A DNA stretch of 64,000 nt from Candidatus Bathyarchaeota archaeon (GTDB lineage Archaea; Thermoproteota; Bathyarchaeia; Bathyarchaeales; Bathycorpusculaceae): NCBI GenBank assembly GCA_963767735.1, contig CAVYES010000005.1:64001-128000 (forward strand). The letters are read 5' to 3'. This document shows, in pieces, positions 41,914 to 51,193 of this stretch. Within the stretch, counting starts at the first letter, position 1. Each line of letters begins with the position of its first letter. The notes beneath the pieces were generated by a model. The model had not been told where the DNA came from. It saw only the letters and a program-made list of their open reading frames with translations, and did not search any database. Both the position numbers and the translations under genes were made by a program.

Positions 41914-41961
41914 AACTCACCAGGTCTTGGACTTGGGTAAAGACTGAAATCTTCGTTTTAA

Positions 41962-41998
41962 GCAAAAGGGACTCAGACCATTTTGGGGTAAGCCCGGT
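41962..41998 (+). repeat. Imperfect direct repeat of about 37 bp, copy 1
   Basis: gcaaaagggactcagaccattttggggtaagcccggt; partner at 43702-43739. Confidence 0.8.
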
Positions 41999-42144
41999 TC
42001 TATTCTCTAGCAAAGCTCAGATGTGAACAATTACATTACTGGCATGCTTACGAAACTACTATTCGCGAGATTCTTCATATTCTTGACTCTCAAGTTCTCA
42101 GAGAGAATCTTCCAAACCCTTGGACTTGTTAATCATGGCGTTTT

Positions 42145-42175
42145 GCTTATATATCATTAACATGAATCAGGTTAA
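42145..42175 (+). repeat. 31-bp inverted repeat, left (TATA plus palindrome)
   Basis: 28/31 match to the reverse complement of 43471-43501. Confidence 0.85.
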
Positions 42176-42178
42176 TCG

Positions 42179-43477
42179 TTATTTTATTTTTCCATAACGC
42201 TTTATTGCAGCATCTCCACGCATGGTCAGAGAATAATATGCTCGTTTTCCTTTTCCAACCCTGGTCACCCACCTCTTCTTCAATAATTCTCGAAGAACGC
42301 GAACAATAGACGATGCGTATTTGTCAAGTTGCCCACTCAAGTCGCTAGGCGTAAGTCTCCCTTTGCTTAGTTCTTTCATAATATCATATTCCAACTGAGT
42401 CGGGATTAAAGTCTCGGCTTGCTCTTCAAAAACGAGTTCAGGAGTTACTGTTGTTAAGCCTTTGTCAATAGCTTTTTGAATAGCTGCATATGTTCTTTCA
42501 AGCATCAAAAAGGTATTCGGCGCCGATACATTCATAATAGCTTTGATCGTCTCCGGAGGAATAATTGCTCTTATCACATCATTTGTCGTCTTTTCATTTT
42601 GGCATATTTGCGCGACTCCAAGGTATGCTCTGGAAAGAATAATATTTTCAGCATCTTCCATCTTGGTTACACCGTTATACATTTCAACTGAAGAAAATCG
42701 TTTAACAGACGAAGCTACCGTTTCTTTAATTGATTCACCAAAGGTATAAGTTAACGATATGATTCCCTGCTTGCCTTGAAACCATGCTTGATTTCCATCA
42801 AAAAAGTCCGAGAGAAGAGTATCGGAGTTAACTTTGTCAAGTTCATCAATTACAAATACAAGAAACGCCCCACTTTCTTCAAGATTTCTGATGAGAATGT
42901 CTACTGCATGCCTTGTATCGGTTTCAGTTGAAGCAAGAATTGATTCAATATCAGGTTTATGCAGTTGTTTAATAAGATATTTCATGCTTTTTTCAGCAGC
43001 ATCTGAAGCCAAACCTAACGGTGGAAAAGCTATGCCCAATGCCTGAGTCATTTTGCCTGCTACCCATGGAGCATATTTTTTAGTTGATTCGCTTAGTGTA
43101 TTTTCTCTTCCTTTGAACTGTGCGACATACAAAATTCCAGAGAGTACCGATCTATAAAAAACATCATTCAACTCTTTGATAGTTAAAGCTGTATTAGCAC
43201 CTTTAACTGTAACCGTAATCGGAATAATTGTGTCTTCTGCGTTCTCCTCTAAAGCTTGGTACAGAACTCCCTGCATGGCCGCTGTCTTTCCCACGCCTCT
43301 GGGTCCATATATTGAGGTGGTCCGTTTTTGGTTTATTATTTTAGGTGTTTGTTTCGCGGCGAAATCATCAAGATCTCGGTACAATAAACTAAACAGTTCA
43401 TCTTCATAAGATAGTAAATTTCTAGTCATGAATTGTTGTGCTGCAACAAGTTCTTTAGATTGTGGCATAGTTAACAT
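42179..43477 (-). CDS. P-loop (AAA+-like) ATPase with C-terminal wHTH
   Basis: GPRGVGKT, FVIDELDK; LTPSDLS..SSIVRVLREL. Confidence 0.85.
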   Translation of the reverse strand: MLTMPQSKELVAAQQFMTRNLLSYEDELFSLLYRDLDDFAAKQTPKIINQKRTTSIYGPRGVGKTAAMQGVLYQALEENAEDTIIPITVTVKGANTALTIKELNDVFYRSVLSGILYVAQFKGRENTLSESTKKYAPWVAGKMTQALGIAFPPLGLASDAAEKSMKYLIKQLHKPDIESILASTETDTRHAVDILIRNLEESGAFLVFVIDELDKVNSDTLLSDFFDGNQAWFQGKQGIISLTYTFGESIKETVASSVKRFSSVEMYNGVTKMEDAENIILSRAYLGVAQICQNEKTTNDVIRAIIPPETIKAIMNVSAPNTFLMLERTYAAIQKAIDKGLTTVTPELVFEEQAETLIPTQLEYDIMKELSKGRLTPSDLSGQLDKYASSIVRVLRELLKKRWVTRVGKGKRAYYSLTMRGDAAIKRYGKIK

Positions 43478-43501
43478 GATTCATGTTAACAATATATAAG
43501 C
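43471..43501 (-). repeat. 31-bp inverted repeat, right
   Basis: Overlaps the palindrome gttaacatg-att-catgttaac (43470-43490), which covers the ATPase start codon. Confidence 0.85.
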
Positions 43502-43701
43502 CTTGGTTAACAATTAACATTTAGACAATGGGGTATCCGGCGGGTAATCCTCCCAGTAATCCCCCGCTATACCCTATGAATGCAAAGATATGCCTAAGAT
43601 ACTTGCATATTCAATCTAAAGGACTCCATTTCGTTGGGTTCAGGGAGGAGTAGTTAAAACCTTGCCTAAACTCATAGAAAAAACCTATTTCCGATAATCT
43701 T

Positions 43702-43739
43702 GCAATAGGGACTCAGACCATCCTTGGAGTAAGCACGGT
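43702..43739 (+). repeat. Imperfect direct repeat of about 37 bp, copy 2
   Basis: gcaatagggactcagaccatccttggagtaagcacggt. Confidence 0.8.
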
Positions 43740-43827
43740 CCGGCCCACTTCCCGCGTAGAAATGCTTGCTGTTGACTGTTTTTGTTATTTTTTGCTACTT
43801 TAGCCATTTGTGGTTTGAACCCAACAC

Positions 43828-43852
43828 GGTTCAAATCCCGCCCGGTCCACCA
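43828..43852 (+). repeat. tRNA-Ala 3'-end fragment including CCA
   Basis: ggttcaaatcccgcccggtccacca. Confidence 0.8.
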
Positions 43853-43954
43853 CTTGCATTAAATTTTGTGATGATTTTAATTCCTGTTCGTTCAGGAAGA
43901 GTTCACAGTTTCTGCAAAAGTCTTTATATTGATTATTCGTAAGGTTATTTGGAA

Positions 43955-44254
43955 ATGAAATCACTCGAAGAAATAAAGCGTAAGCTTGAGGCTTTGAATC
44001 CAATTCTGAAAAGGAATTTTTCAGTGGACGCTATCGAAATTTTCGGTTCTTATGTTAGGGGAGAGCAGACTGAAAAAAGTGATATAGATATTCTGGTAAC
44101 TTTCTCAGAGCCAAATGATGTAGATCTCTTCAAATTTATTGAACTGCGCCTTTTTCTTAAAGATGAACTGGACATAGATGTCGATTTGATTGAGAAAGAT
44201 ACACTTAAACCCCGCCTGAAAACACGAATACTTGAAGAGGCAATACCCGTTTGA
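43955..44254 (+). CDS. Minimal nucleotidyltransferase (MNT) antitoxin
   Basis: FGSYVRGEQTEKSDIDIL. Confidence 0.95.
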   Translation: MKSLEEIKRKLEALNPILKRNFSVDAIEIFGSYVRGEQTEKSDIDILVTFSEPNDVDLFKFIELRLFLKDELDIDVDLIEKDTLKPRLKTRILEEAIPV

Positions 44255-44589
44255 ACAAGGATTTCAAAGTCTATTTAGACGATATGATAAATGCCATTAA
44301 CGAAATAGAAAAATCCACTCAAGATGTCAGTTTTGAGGCTTTTGCAAGGAACTATGAAAAGATAAATTCTGTGGCATACGATGTTTTGATAATAGGCGAA
44401 GCAGTTGACAAAATTCCAAAATCGGTGCAGGAAAAAAATCCGCAAGTTCCTTGGCGTGTACTGAATGATATAAGGAACAAACATATTCATGAATATCGTA
44501 CAGTAAAACCTGACAAGCTTTGGAAAATGGCCAAGTTCAGCTTACCACGAGTAAAAACGCTATTAGAAAACATCCTAAAAACTATTTGA
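44251..44589 (+). CDS. HEPN (DUF86) toxin
   Basis: IIGEA..VPWR..RNKHIHEY (Rx4H). Confidence 0.95.
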   Translation: MNKDFKVYLDDMINAINEIEKSTQDVSFEAFARNYEKINSVAYDVLIIGEAVDKIPKSVQEKNPQVPWRVLNDIRNKHIHEYRTVKPDKLWKMAKFSLPRVKTLLENILKTI

Positions 44590-44640
44590 GAAGGTTCTAA
44601 GCCATACTCGTCAAGATATCAAAAAATCCCTGACTCCACA

Positions 44641-44706
44641 TCAGCCTGGGATAATCGCCGCGTTCGCAACGCGGAAGCCGCGGGTTCAAATCCCGCTCGG
44701 TCCACT
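44641..44706 (+). pseudogene. 5'-truncated tRNA-Ala(CGC), serving as att site
   Basis: Anticodon arm CCGCG-TTCGCAA-CGCGG and T arm GCGGG-TTCAAAT-CCCGC; the 5' acceptor strand is absent. Confidence 0.8.
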
Positions 44707-44778
44707 TTCACCCCCGCCCGCCTACCTTTTGAAACCCCACAAACCCTTGAAGTAGCACTATATCTAAAAAAGAAAAGT

Positions 44779-45619
44779 TTGGCAGAAGACACAATCGAGG
44801 GATATGTAAAAAGACTAAGATTTATCGCAAAAAACACTGACATAACCAAACCCGAAACAGTCAAAGAATTTATCTTAAATCAAACCACAAGCTCAGCACA
44901 CAAAGAAGCCTTAGCAAACGCCTATGCCCATTATATTCAATGTTATGGATTAAATTGGGAAAAACCATTTTTCCACAGAGAGGAAAGACTCCCAAACGTA
45001 CCCACAACAGAACAAGTGAATACAATTATCTCAGCCTTTAAGAAAAAATACGCCACTATCTTTAGCATCTTAAGAGACACAGGATTAAGACCTTGCGAAC
45101 TCCACAGACTAACATTAAAAATGATAAACTTAGAAAATGGGACAATCACCCCGCAAACAGCCAAAAATGGCGCACCAAGAATCTTGACACTCCCCGCCCC
45201 AACCTTAGCAATGCTAAAAGAATACATTACAAGACTAAACCCGAAAATGAACGAAAGATTTTTTCCAACTACAAGAAGAATGTGCCATATCTGGGTACAT
45301 GGAAGAAATCAAGTAGCAGAGAAGCTAAAACAATCAAACTTACAAATACCGACTATACGACTTAAGACATTACTTCGCAACCATGCTATATGCAAAAACC
45401 AAAGACATACTCTTAGTAAAACAACAACTCGGACACAAAAGAATCGAACACACCCTAATCTATACACACCTAATCAACTTCAAACAAGACGAATACATCT
45501 CAAGAACTGTCCAACTCGGAACACCAACAACATTAAAAGAAATATGCGAATTAGCCGAAGCAGGCTTCACCAAATTCACCGAAATAGACGGCTACCAAAT
45601 ATTCAAAAAACCAAAATAA
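44779..45619 (+). CDS. Tyrosine integrase, C-terminal portion (indel near 45345)
   Basis: TGLRPCE, AKNG, YDLRH, LGHK, LIYTH; frame stays open upstream through the att site. Confidence 0.9.
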
Positions 45620-45701
45620 AAACTAACATAACAAAACCTCAATTTTTTATTGTGAATTCTTCGCTCACTTACAGCCACCATGTAAATTTTCGAAAGCAAA
45701 C

Positions 45702-46373
45702 TTATTGTTTGAACATCTTATTCAAAATGGATGATTTAGGTCGGGGCTTAGGTTCGGTTTCTTTAGGTCGCAAACAGCCGTAAAGAAAATCGGGAACAGT
45801 TTCTTTGAATTTTGCGTTTATTTCAATATAACTTACATTAATCAAACTATCTTCTTCTTTTAAATCAAGTTTGGGTATGAATTTAGCTATTATAACGCCT
45901 TCTTTAATCGAAGGTTTCTTCAATAGATATCTGACTCTTTCTTCTGAAATATCCTCTGTTGAAATCAAAAAGGCAAAAGATGCATTGAAAATCTCTTTGT
46001 AAATCTTAACCTGTCCAAGCATCTTTAGAGTGATTGGTACATCTTTTATTTCTGCAATTATGATTTCTTTAGGACTCTGAGGATTCTTTTGAACGTAACC
46101 TATTAAATCGGGATAAATGCCTTCAATCCGTATTATGTTAAGAGTATCGTCGTCAAATACTTGTTTCAGTTTTTCGGAGAAGACGTTCTTGCCGCCTATT
46201 ATTTCTAAATAAACACGTTCAGGCTCGTTAATGCTTAATCCCCGTTGAGGGTGATAACCCTTTTCACGGTCAAGGTAATTGCCCATAATTATGCTCAAAC
46301 TTTTCTGGATTAACTCATAATACAGTGCTTCGTTCCTTTTCTTTTGTAGCTTAACGTTTGGTTTTGAAGTCAT
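45702..46373 (-). CDS. PD-(D/E)xK nuclease-like protein
   Basis: YPDLIGY...IIIAEIK..LGQVKIY. Confidence 0.6.
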   Translation of the reverse strand: MTSKPNVKLQKKRNEALYYELIQKSLSIIMGNYLDREKGYHPQRGLSINEPERVYLEIIGGKNVFSEKLKQVFDDDTLNIIRIEGIYPDLIGYVQKNPQSPKEIIIAEIKDVPITLKMLGQVKIYKEIFNASFAFLISTEDISEERVRYLLKKPSIKEGVIIAKFIPKLDLKEEDSLINVSYIEINAKFKETVPDFLYGCLRPKETEPKPRPKSSILNKMFKQ

Positions 46374-46483
46374 TGCTAAACCCTTTCTAACTCGTTATCA
46401 AGCGTATATTAGGATTTCACTTTTTACTCTTTGTATGGAATTATGCAGAATAGCCAAAGACAGCCAAACCAAACTATTTTATA

Positions 46484-47008
46484 TTGAAAGCAATGAATAC
46501 AGGACTGGGTATAATTATGCCTCTTGAGGAAGACCTTCAACTACTAACCTTAGCGAAACTCAAGCTCTTAGCGAAAAATAATGGGGTTTCGCTGGAAAAA
46601 CCCTCTTACACGTTTGGTAAGAAGGCATACACTCCAACTAAAAAATCAGATATAATCGTAGCTCTTCTTAAATCTTCCAAGATTACAACTAAGAAGATTA
46701 AGGAAATATCTGAACCCGTTTCTAAAGAGAAGAGTGGAAAACGAAAACCAATACCAAAAGCGGTACGTGAACAGGTTTGGGACAAATATATGAAGGCAAC
46801 AGAGAGAGTCGGAAAATGTTACTGTTGCGGATGGCGACCTATCACGGATAGTGATTTTGAAGTTGGTCATAATAAGGCAGTAGCCAAAGGTGGAAGAGAC
46901 CACATTAACAATTTGAGACCTATATGTAAATCATGTAATCGTTCTATGGGCACGATGTCTATTGAGGTCTATAAAAGAAAATATCATCCGACCAATGCAA
47001 AAAACTAA
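46484..47008 (+). CDS. HNH endonuclease with N-terminal helical DNA-binding segment
   Basis: RKPIPKAVREQVW..CYCC..EVGHNKAVAKGG..NNLRPICKSCN. Confidence 0.9.
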   Translation: MKAMNTGLGIIMPLEEDLQLLTLAKLKLLAKNNGVSLEKPSYTFGKKAYTPTKKSDIIVALLKSSKITTKKIKEISEPVSKEKSGKRKPIPKAVREQVWDKYMKATERVGKCYCCGWRPITDSDFEVGHNKAVAKGGRDHINNLRPICKSCNRSMGTMSIEVYKRKYHPTNAKN

Positions 47009-47096
47009 AACGAAACAGGTTAAAGACTAAAGGGTGGGTGTCTAAACGTGGAAGTGCTAAATAGCAAGAATCTTGAGCAAATAGAAGAGAGAACAA

Positions 47097-47534
47097 ATGA
47101 AACGCATCATATTAGTTGACGGAAACAATTACATCTACTTTACGAGCCTTCGAATGAAAAATTCTGACTTCGGTAATATACTTGTGACTACAAAGGAAGA
47201 ATCAAAGGCAATAGAATATTATCTAATTACAGCGTGGGAATTGATTCAAAAATTTGAGAAAGGATGGTTAGACTTAGTATCGGAACATTGTTCAAAAGGA
47301 GAGTCGCCATTTCAGGACACAGTTGATTTAACAGGAATAGTCACAGTGATGTCAGAAAAGGAAATAATTGAACTTGCTAAAAAAATAAAACAAAATCCAA
47401 GAGATACAAATGAAATTATCAATCAAACTATTGGTGAAATAAAGCAGAAAAAACGTCTATTGAAACAACAGCCACTACAACAACCACTACAAAATCAACT
47501 ACCAAAAAAAAGTTTTTGGAAAAGATTAACCTGA
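47097..47534 (+). CDS. Hypothetical protein
   Basis: 145-aa ORF. Confidence 0.55.
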   Translation: MKRIILVDGNNYIYFTSLRMKNSDFGNILVTTKEESKAIEYYLITAWELIQKFEKGWLDLVSEHCSKGESPFQDTVDLTGIVTVMSEKEIIELAKKIKQNPRDTNEIINQTIGEIKQKKRLLKQQPLQQPLQNQLPKKSFWKRLT

Positions 47535-47653
47535 AAAGAAGGAAAGTGAAACTGACAAAAATCAATTTTTCATTTGATTGAATAATTACTTAATTTTTGG
47601 ATAGCTTAGATTTCCAAAGTGAAAAGTTTTGTTACCTGAAAACTAACACTATT

Positions 47654-47687
47654 GGAGGCGTCGCTTGCGCTTCGCGCTCGCTCCGCT
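47654..47687. other. GC-rich hairpin-forming stretch, possible RCR origin element
   Basis: ggaggcgtcgcttgcgcttcgcgctcgctccgct in AT-rich DNA just downstream of rep. Confidence 0.35.
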
Positions 47688-47752
47688 ATTGCCATACAAA
47701 ACGCAAAAGCCAAACGATATGCAAACCGCAAAAAGTTTTCTTTTAAGATAAG

Positions 47753-48940
47753 TTACCAATCATATTGGTGCTTTTTTAAATCAGGCGCAAGAAGCCAAAC
47801 GCATTCTCCATTCTCATAGAGAGAAGCCCAAAAATTAGTTTTATAATCGCTCTTCATAGGATTATGCTGAAAAACTTCAAACCCAAAGTATCGAGCAGGC
47901 TCAAGCTCATGCTTACATAAAGGACAAAGTAACTTGCGGGATTCATAGGTTATATGTAAACGCCTATAACTTAGCGAACCGAACCAGACAAACCCTCGTG
48001 CACGACTCTTAATAATAGAAGCGGAAATACTCATTTACCGTGCCCCCTTCCTAATCGCCATATGCGATAATTGATACCAAGCCGTGGCAAAAACAGACCT
48101 ACGCTCATCAGTCACCTTAATGATGTAGTGGTGCTTTTCGAAGCTCTGCCTTACTCGATTCTCGAAACCGTCACATGAAGCACAAAAACGGCTGTCACCA
48201 TGTTTCTTAACAATCTTGCCCCCACCTGTACGATAAACCTTCTCAGTCTCAGAGCAATGTCGGCACTTCCCATAACCGCCCTCAATAAAACCGAGAATAT
48301 GCATATGTGGAGACCAATAAAACCCGTATGGAACACCTTTCTCTAACGACTCAGAATAATCAGCGAACCTAAAGCCGTGGAAACAAAAACCACCATTAAT
48401 AATCCCTACCTCAGCAACTATCAAGCGCCACTTTTTGCACCATTTTTCATGCTCAAACTCAGCCAAAAAATAATCAGACTGAGGCGCAGAAACAATAATG
48501 TGCTGAGGCTCACCCAACGGTGCATGATAAATATCCTTATCATCCTTCCCGCCCACAGAAGCCTTCTCAACACGCTGAGAAATATGCTCAGCCTCGCGTA
48601 AACAAGCGCCTTTTAAATAACAGATAGGACAGGCATAAGAATGGCACCAAGTATGGACCATATGAACATAGACCTCTCCACCATGACTTACACCTAAAAG
48701 GTCAGCTTGAGAGTGCAATTCGACTCGGTTACAAATATCGTGCCTTCTCCATTGACCACAATTACTGTTAGTCTTCTCGCCATGACCGACAACAATCCAG
48801 TCGCCATGCTCAAAATGGAAGATACGTGAATTTCCCATATCTTCATTCAATTGCTCGTAAGCCGAATAGTCACGCCACTTAGCCTCAATATCCTCATATT
48901 TGGGAAAATAGGCATCACGACTCAATATCTTTACCCCCAA
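47753..48940 (-). CDS. Rolling-circle replication initiator (HUH endonuclease) with in-frame TAA at 48035-48037
   Basis: Motif I QHIIVS, motif II SPHMHILG, motif III WYQLSH; C-terminal WFGSLSY..CPLC continues in the same frame. Confidence 0.8.
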
Positions 48941-49034
48941 ACTTCTCAGCTTGTCGCATGTGAATCATCGATAAGCTCTTAAGGCTAAATCTTACATAAA
49001 CAGTAAAGTAAGTGTACCAATTCGGAAACCCAAA

Positions 49035-49535
49035 ATGAAAGAACAAATTGACGATAACAAAATTCAAAAAGAAATAGACGCTATCTTTACCAATTACCAT
49101 AAAAAAATTAAGGAAAAAAAAGCCAATTATCGTAATAACTTAGACGACAAATACTGCAAAAAAATATACGACAAACTTCTTGCAGAAGCCGCATTAAAAA
49201 AACAAATTATTCGCCCAAAATTTAGACACAACGAAATATACAACCTAGTAAAAAACGAAATGTCAAAAACAACCTTTGAATCGCATCTCGAACACCTAGG
49301 GCAAAAAAGATTCATAGCCAAAAGAAGCAAGACAAAATACAATACATCCTATCAGATTAACGTTTCAAACGAACCTAAAGTAATCCAATTACGAAGAACA
49401 ATCTTAGGCAAGCAAAAATTAGAATTAGTTGGCATTACAAAACTAAAAAAAGGAGTTTTTTATTTGCCTCCAAACCTTAAACTTGCACCTGCATCGGACA
49501 TACCACCAAACGAAAGATTATTTTACAAAGATTAG
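49035..49535 (+). CDS. wHTH protein divergent from rep
   Basis: FRHNEIYNLV..MSKTTFESHLEHL..FIAK. Confidence 0.65.
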   Translation: MKEQIDDNKIQKEIDAIFTNYHKKIKEKKANYRNNLDDKYCKKIYDKLLAEAALKKQIIRPKFRHNEIYNLVKNEMSKTTFESHLEHLGQKRFIAKRSKTKYNTSYQINVSNEPKVIQLRRTILGKQKLELVGITKLKKGVFYLPPNLKLAPASDIPPNERLFYKD

Positions 49536-49809
49536 ATTGAAGCAATCCACGGAATTCTAAGCAGACGCTTTTTTATAAAAAGCTTGGCAAAAAAGAATTA
49601 CTCTATGTCTGCACAAGAGTAATCAGAAAGCCCGTTTTGGCGCCCAAGACCCAAAAAATCAACACCCAACAACAGACACCGAACGGTAAAGCAAAAACAC
49701 CTCAGGTAGCGAGTACACCTCCCTAAAGGGCAGCCCCCCTCGCACCCAAGGACTCTGTTTTTGCGCTACAAAAAACTTTTAATGAAAAATAGACCACATA
49801 ACAAGCTGT

Positions 49810-50661
49810 ATGTCACATTCAGATTTTCAGATGCGGAAACATGAGCTTGAGAAATTGTCAAGTCTGTTTAAAAGCAAAGGTTATGCCACAACTGCCAAAG
49901 AAATTGAATCTTTTATTGAACTCTTGAAGCATCCATTCGAACTCTCAGATTTTCTAAAGAAACTGGAAGCCCTATTAAATATGTTCGAAACAGAATTCGT
50001 ATCTGGTTTTCCAATAGGGCAACAATTTCGAAAAGATAACTATGAACAAACAAAGAAACTCATATTCGAAGCTATAAATAGACTCGGAGTTGATTTTTCT
50101 AAATCTCAAAGTTCGATTCTTCCCTTAATTGAAAGAGTTGGAAAAGCAAAAATGACGTATGGCTTCATAGCTGATGAACTACATAAACAAACAATAAAAA
50201 ATGAAAATGTTATCTTTCATCTTTATTGTTATTCTTATTTAATTTTTGTAGAAGGAATATTTGATGAACTGTCTCGAATTCTTTACTTTTTTGATAAAGT
50301 ATCACCAACCAACAAACCGACGACTGAAGACTTGGAGAGATTGTCTGTTCAACACATAGCTGAACACTGTAGAATGAAGATGATTGTTTTTCAAAACTGG
50401 GCTGATAAAAAACATATACGAAATTCCATAGGACATGCTCTCGCTCAATTCGATTCTTCCAAAAAAATGGTGCGTTTTATTGACCGTGACCCTCAGACTG
50501 GAAAAATAACTTATGATAGCGGTGTTATCCCTTTCCAGAAATTTATGGAAATGGCGCTCGAACTTGAGGATTCTTTGAGTAGTTTTACATACATCTTAGT
50601 GTTGTTGAAAATATTTGACTTCGTTATTTCCTCAAATCCAATGGGTAAATCAAAAGAGTAG
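49810..50661 (+). CDS. Hypothetical protein with HEPN-like Rx4H motif
   Basis: Helical protein with FVEG and IRNSIGH. Confidence 0.55.
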   Translation: MSHSDFQMRKHELEKLSSLFKSKGYATTAKEIESFIELLKHPFELSDFLKKLEALLNMFETEFVSGFPIGQQFRKDNYEQTKKLIFEAINRLGVDFSKSQSSILPLIERVGKAKMTYGFIADELHKQTIKNENVIFHLYCYSYLIFVEGIFDELSRILYFFDKVSPTNKPTTEDLERLSVQHIAEHCRMKMIVFQNWADKKHIRNSIGHALAQFDSSKKMVRFIDRDPQTGKITYDSGVIPFQKFMEMALELEDSLSSFTYILVLLKIFDFVISSNPMGKSKE

Positions 50662-50676
50662 GATACGCTAAAAGCA

Positions 50677-51057
50677 CAGAAGTAACTCTTGTATCGTGCA
50701 AAAGCGCCAGTATAAAGCTTATAACTAGAGAGTAACAATAACAATACAGGGATTAAAATGAGTAAACAACCAAACCCCAAGAAATTAGATAGGCTAATTG
50801 AGGCAGAAGTAACTCTTGTATCGTGCAAAAGCGCCAGTATAAAGCTTATAACTAGAGAGTAACAATAACAATACAGGGATTAAAATGAGTAAACAACCAA
50901 ACCCCAAGAAATTAGATAGGCTAATTGAGGCAGAAGTAACTCTTGTATCGTGCAAAAGCGCCAGTATAAAGCTTATAACTAGAGAGTAACAATAACAATA
51001 CAGGGATTAAAATGAGTAAACAACCAAACCCCAAGAAATTAGATAGGCTAATTGAGG
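50677..51057 (+). repeat. Three tandem copies of a 127-bp unit
   Basis: Units start at 50677, 50804 and 50931 and appear identical; each has a TATA-like box and ATG AGT AAA CAA. Confidence 0.95.
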
Positions 51058-51143
51058 CGGGTTCAAATCCCGCCCGATTCACTTCAGCCATAGAAATGGT
51101 TTCTGTAGAGTGTTTTTCCCGAGTTTTTCTTCTCCCGGATTAA
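51012..51143 (+). CDS. Putative integrase N-terminal fragment crossing the att site
   Basis: MSKQPNPKKLDRLIE-AGSNPAR reads the att repeat in the same frame as the integrase at 44680. Confidence 0.6.
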   Translation: MSKQPNPKKLDRLIEAGSNPARFTSAIEMVSVECFSRVFLLPD

Positions 51144-51193
51144 ACCAAGTCCTGTTTTCAGGACATTAATGATTCAGTTGACAGAGGCCTAAT

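Larger units (their letters stand above)
44641..51083. mobile_element. Integrated rolling-circle plasmid/virus-like element (about 6.4 kb)
   Basis: 27-bp direct repeats at 44680-44706 and 51057-51083 (24/27); contains integrase and HUH Rep. Confidence 0.8.

Noticed and set aside
45345-45783. Long C-terminal tail of ORF 44779-45783
   Set aside because: Out-of-frame read-through after an indel; the catalytic C-terminus is in 45383-45619
50677-51057. 127-bp repeats as a CRISPR array
   Set aside because: No unique spacers, unit too long, no cas genes
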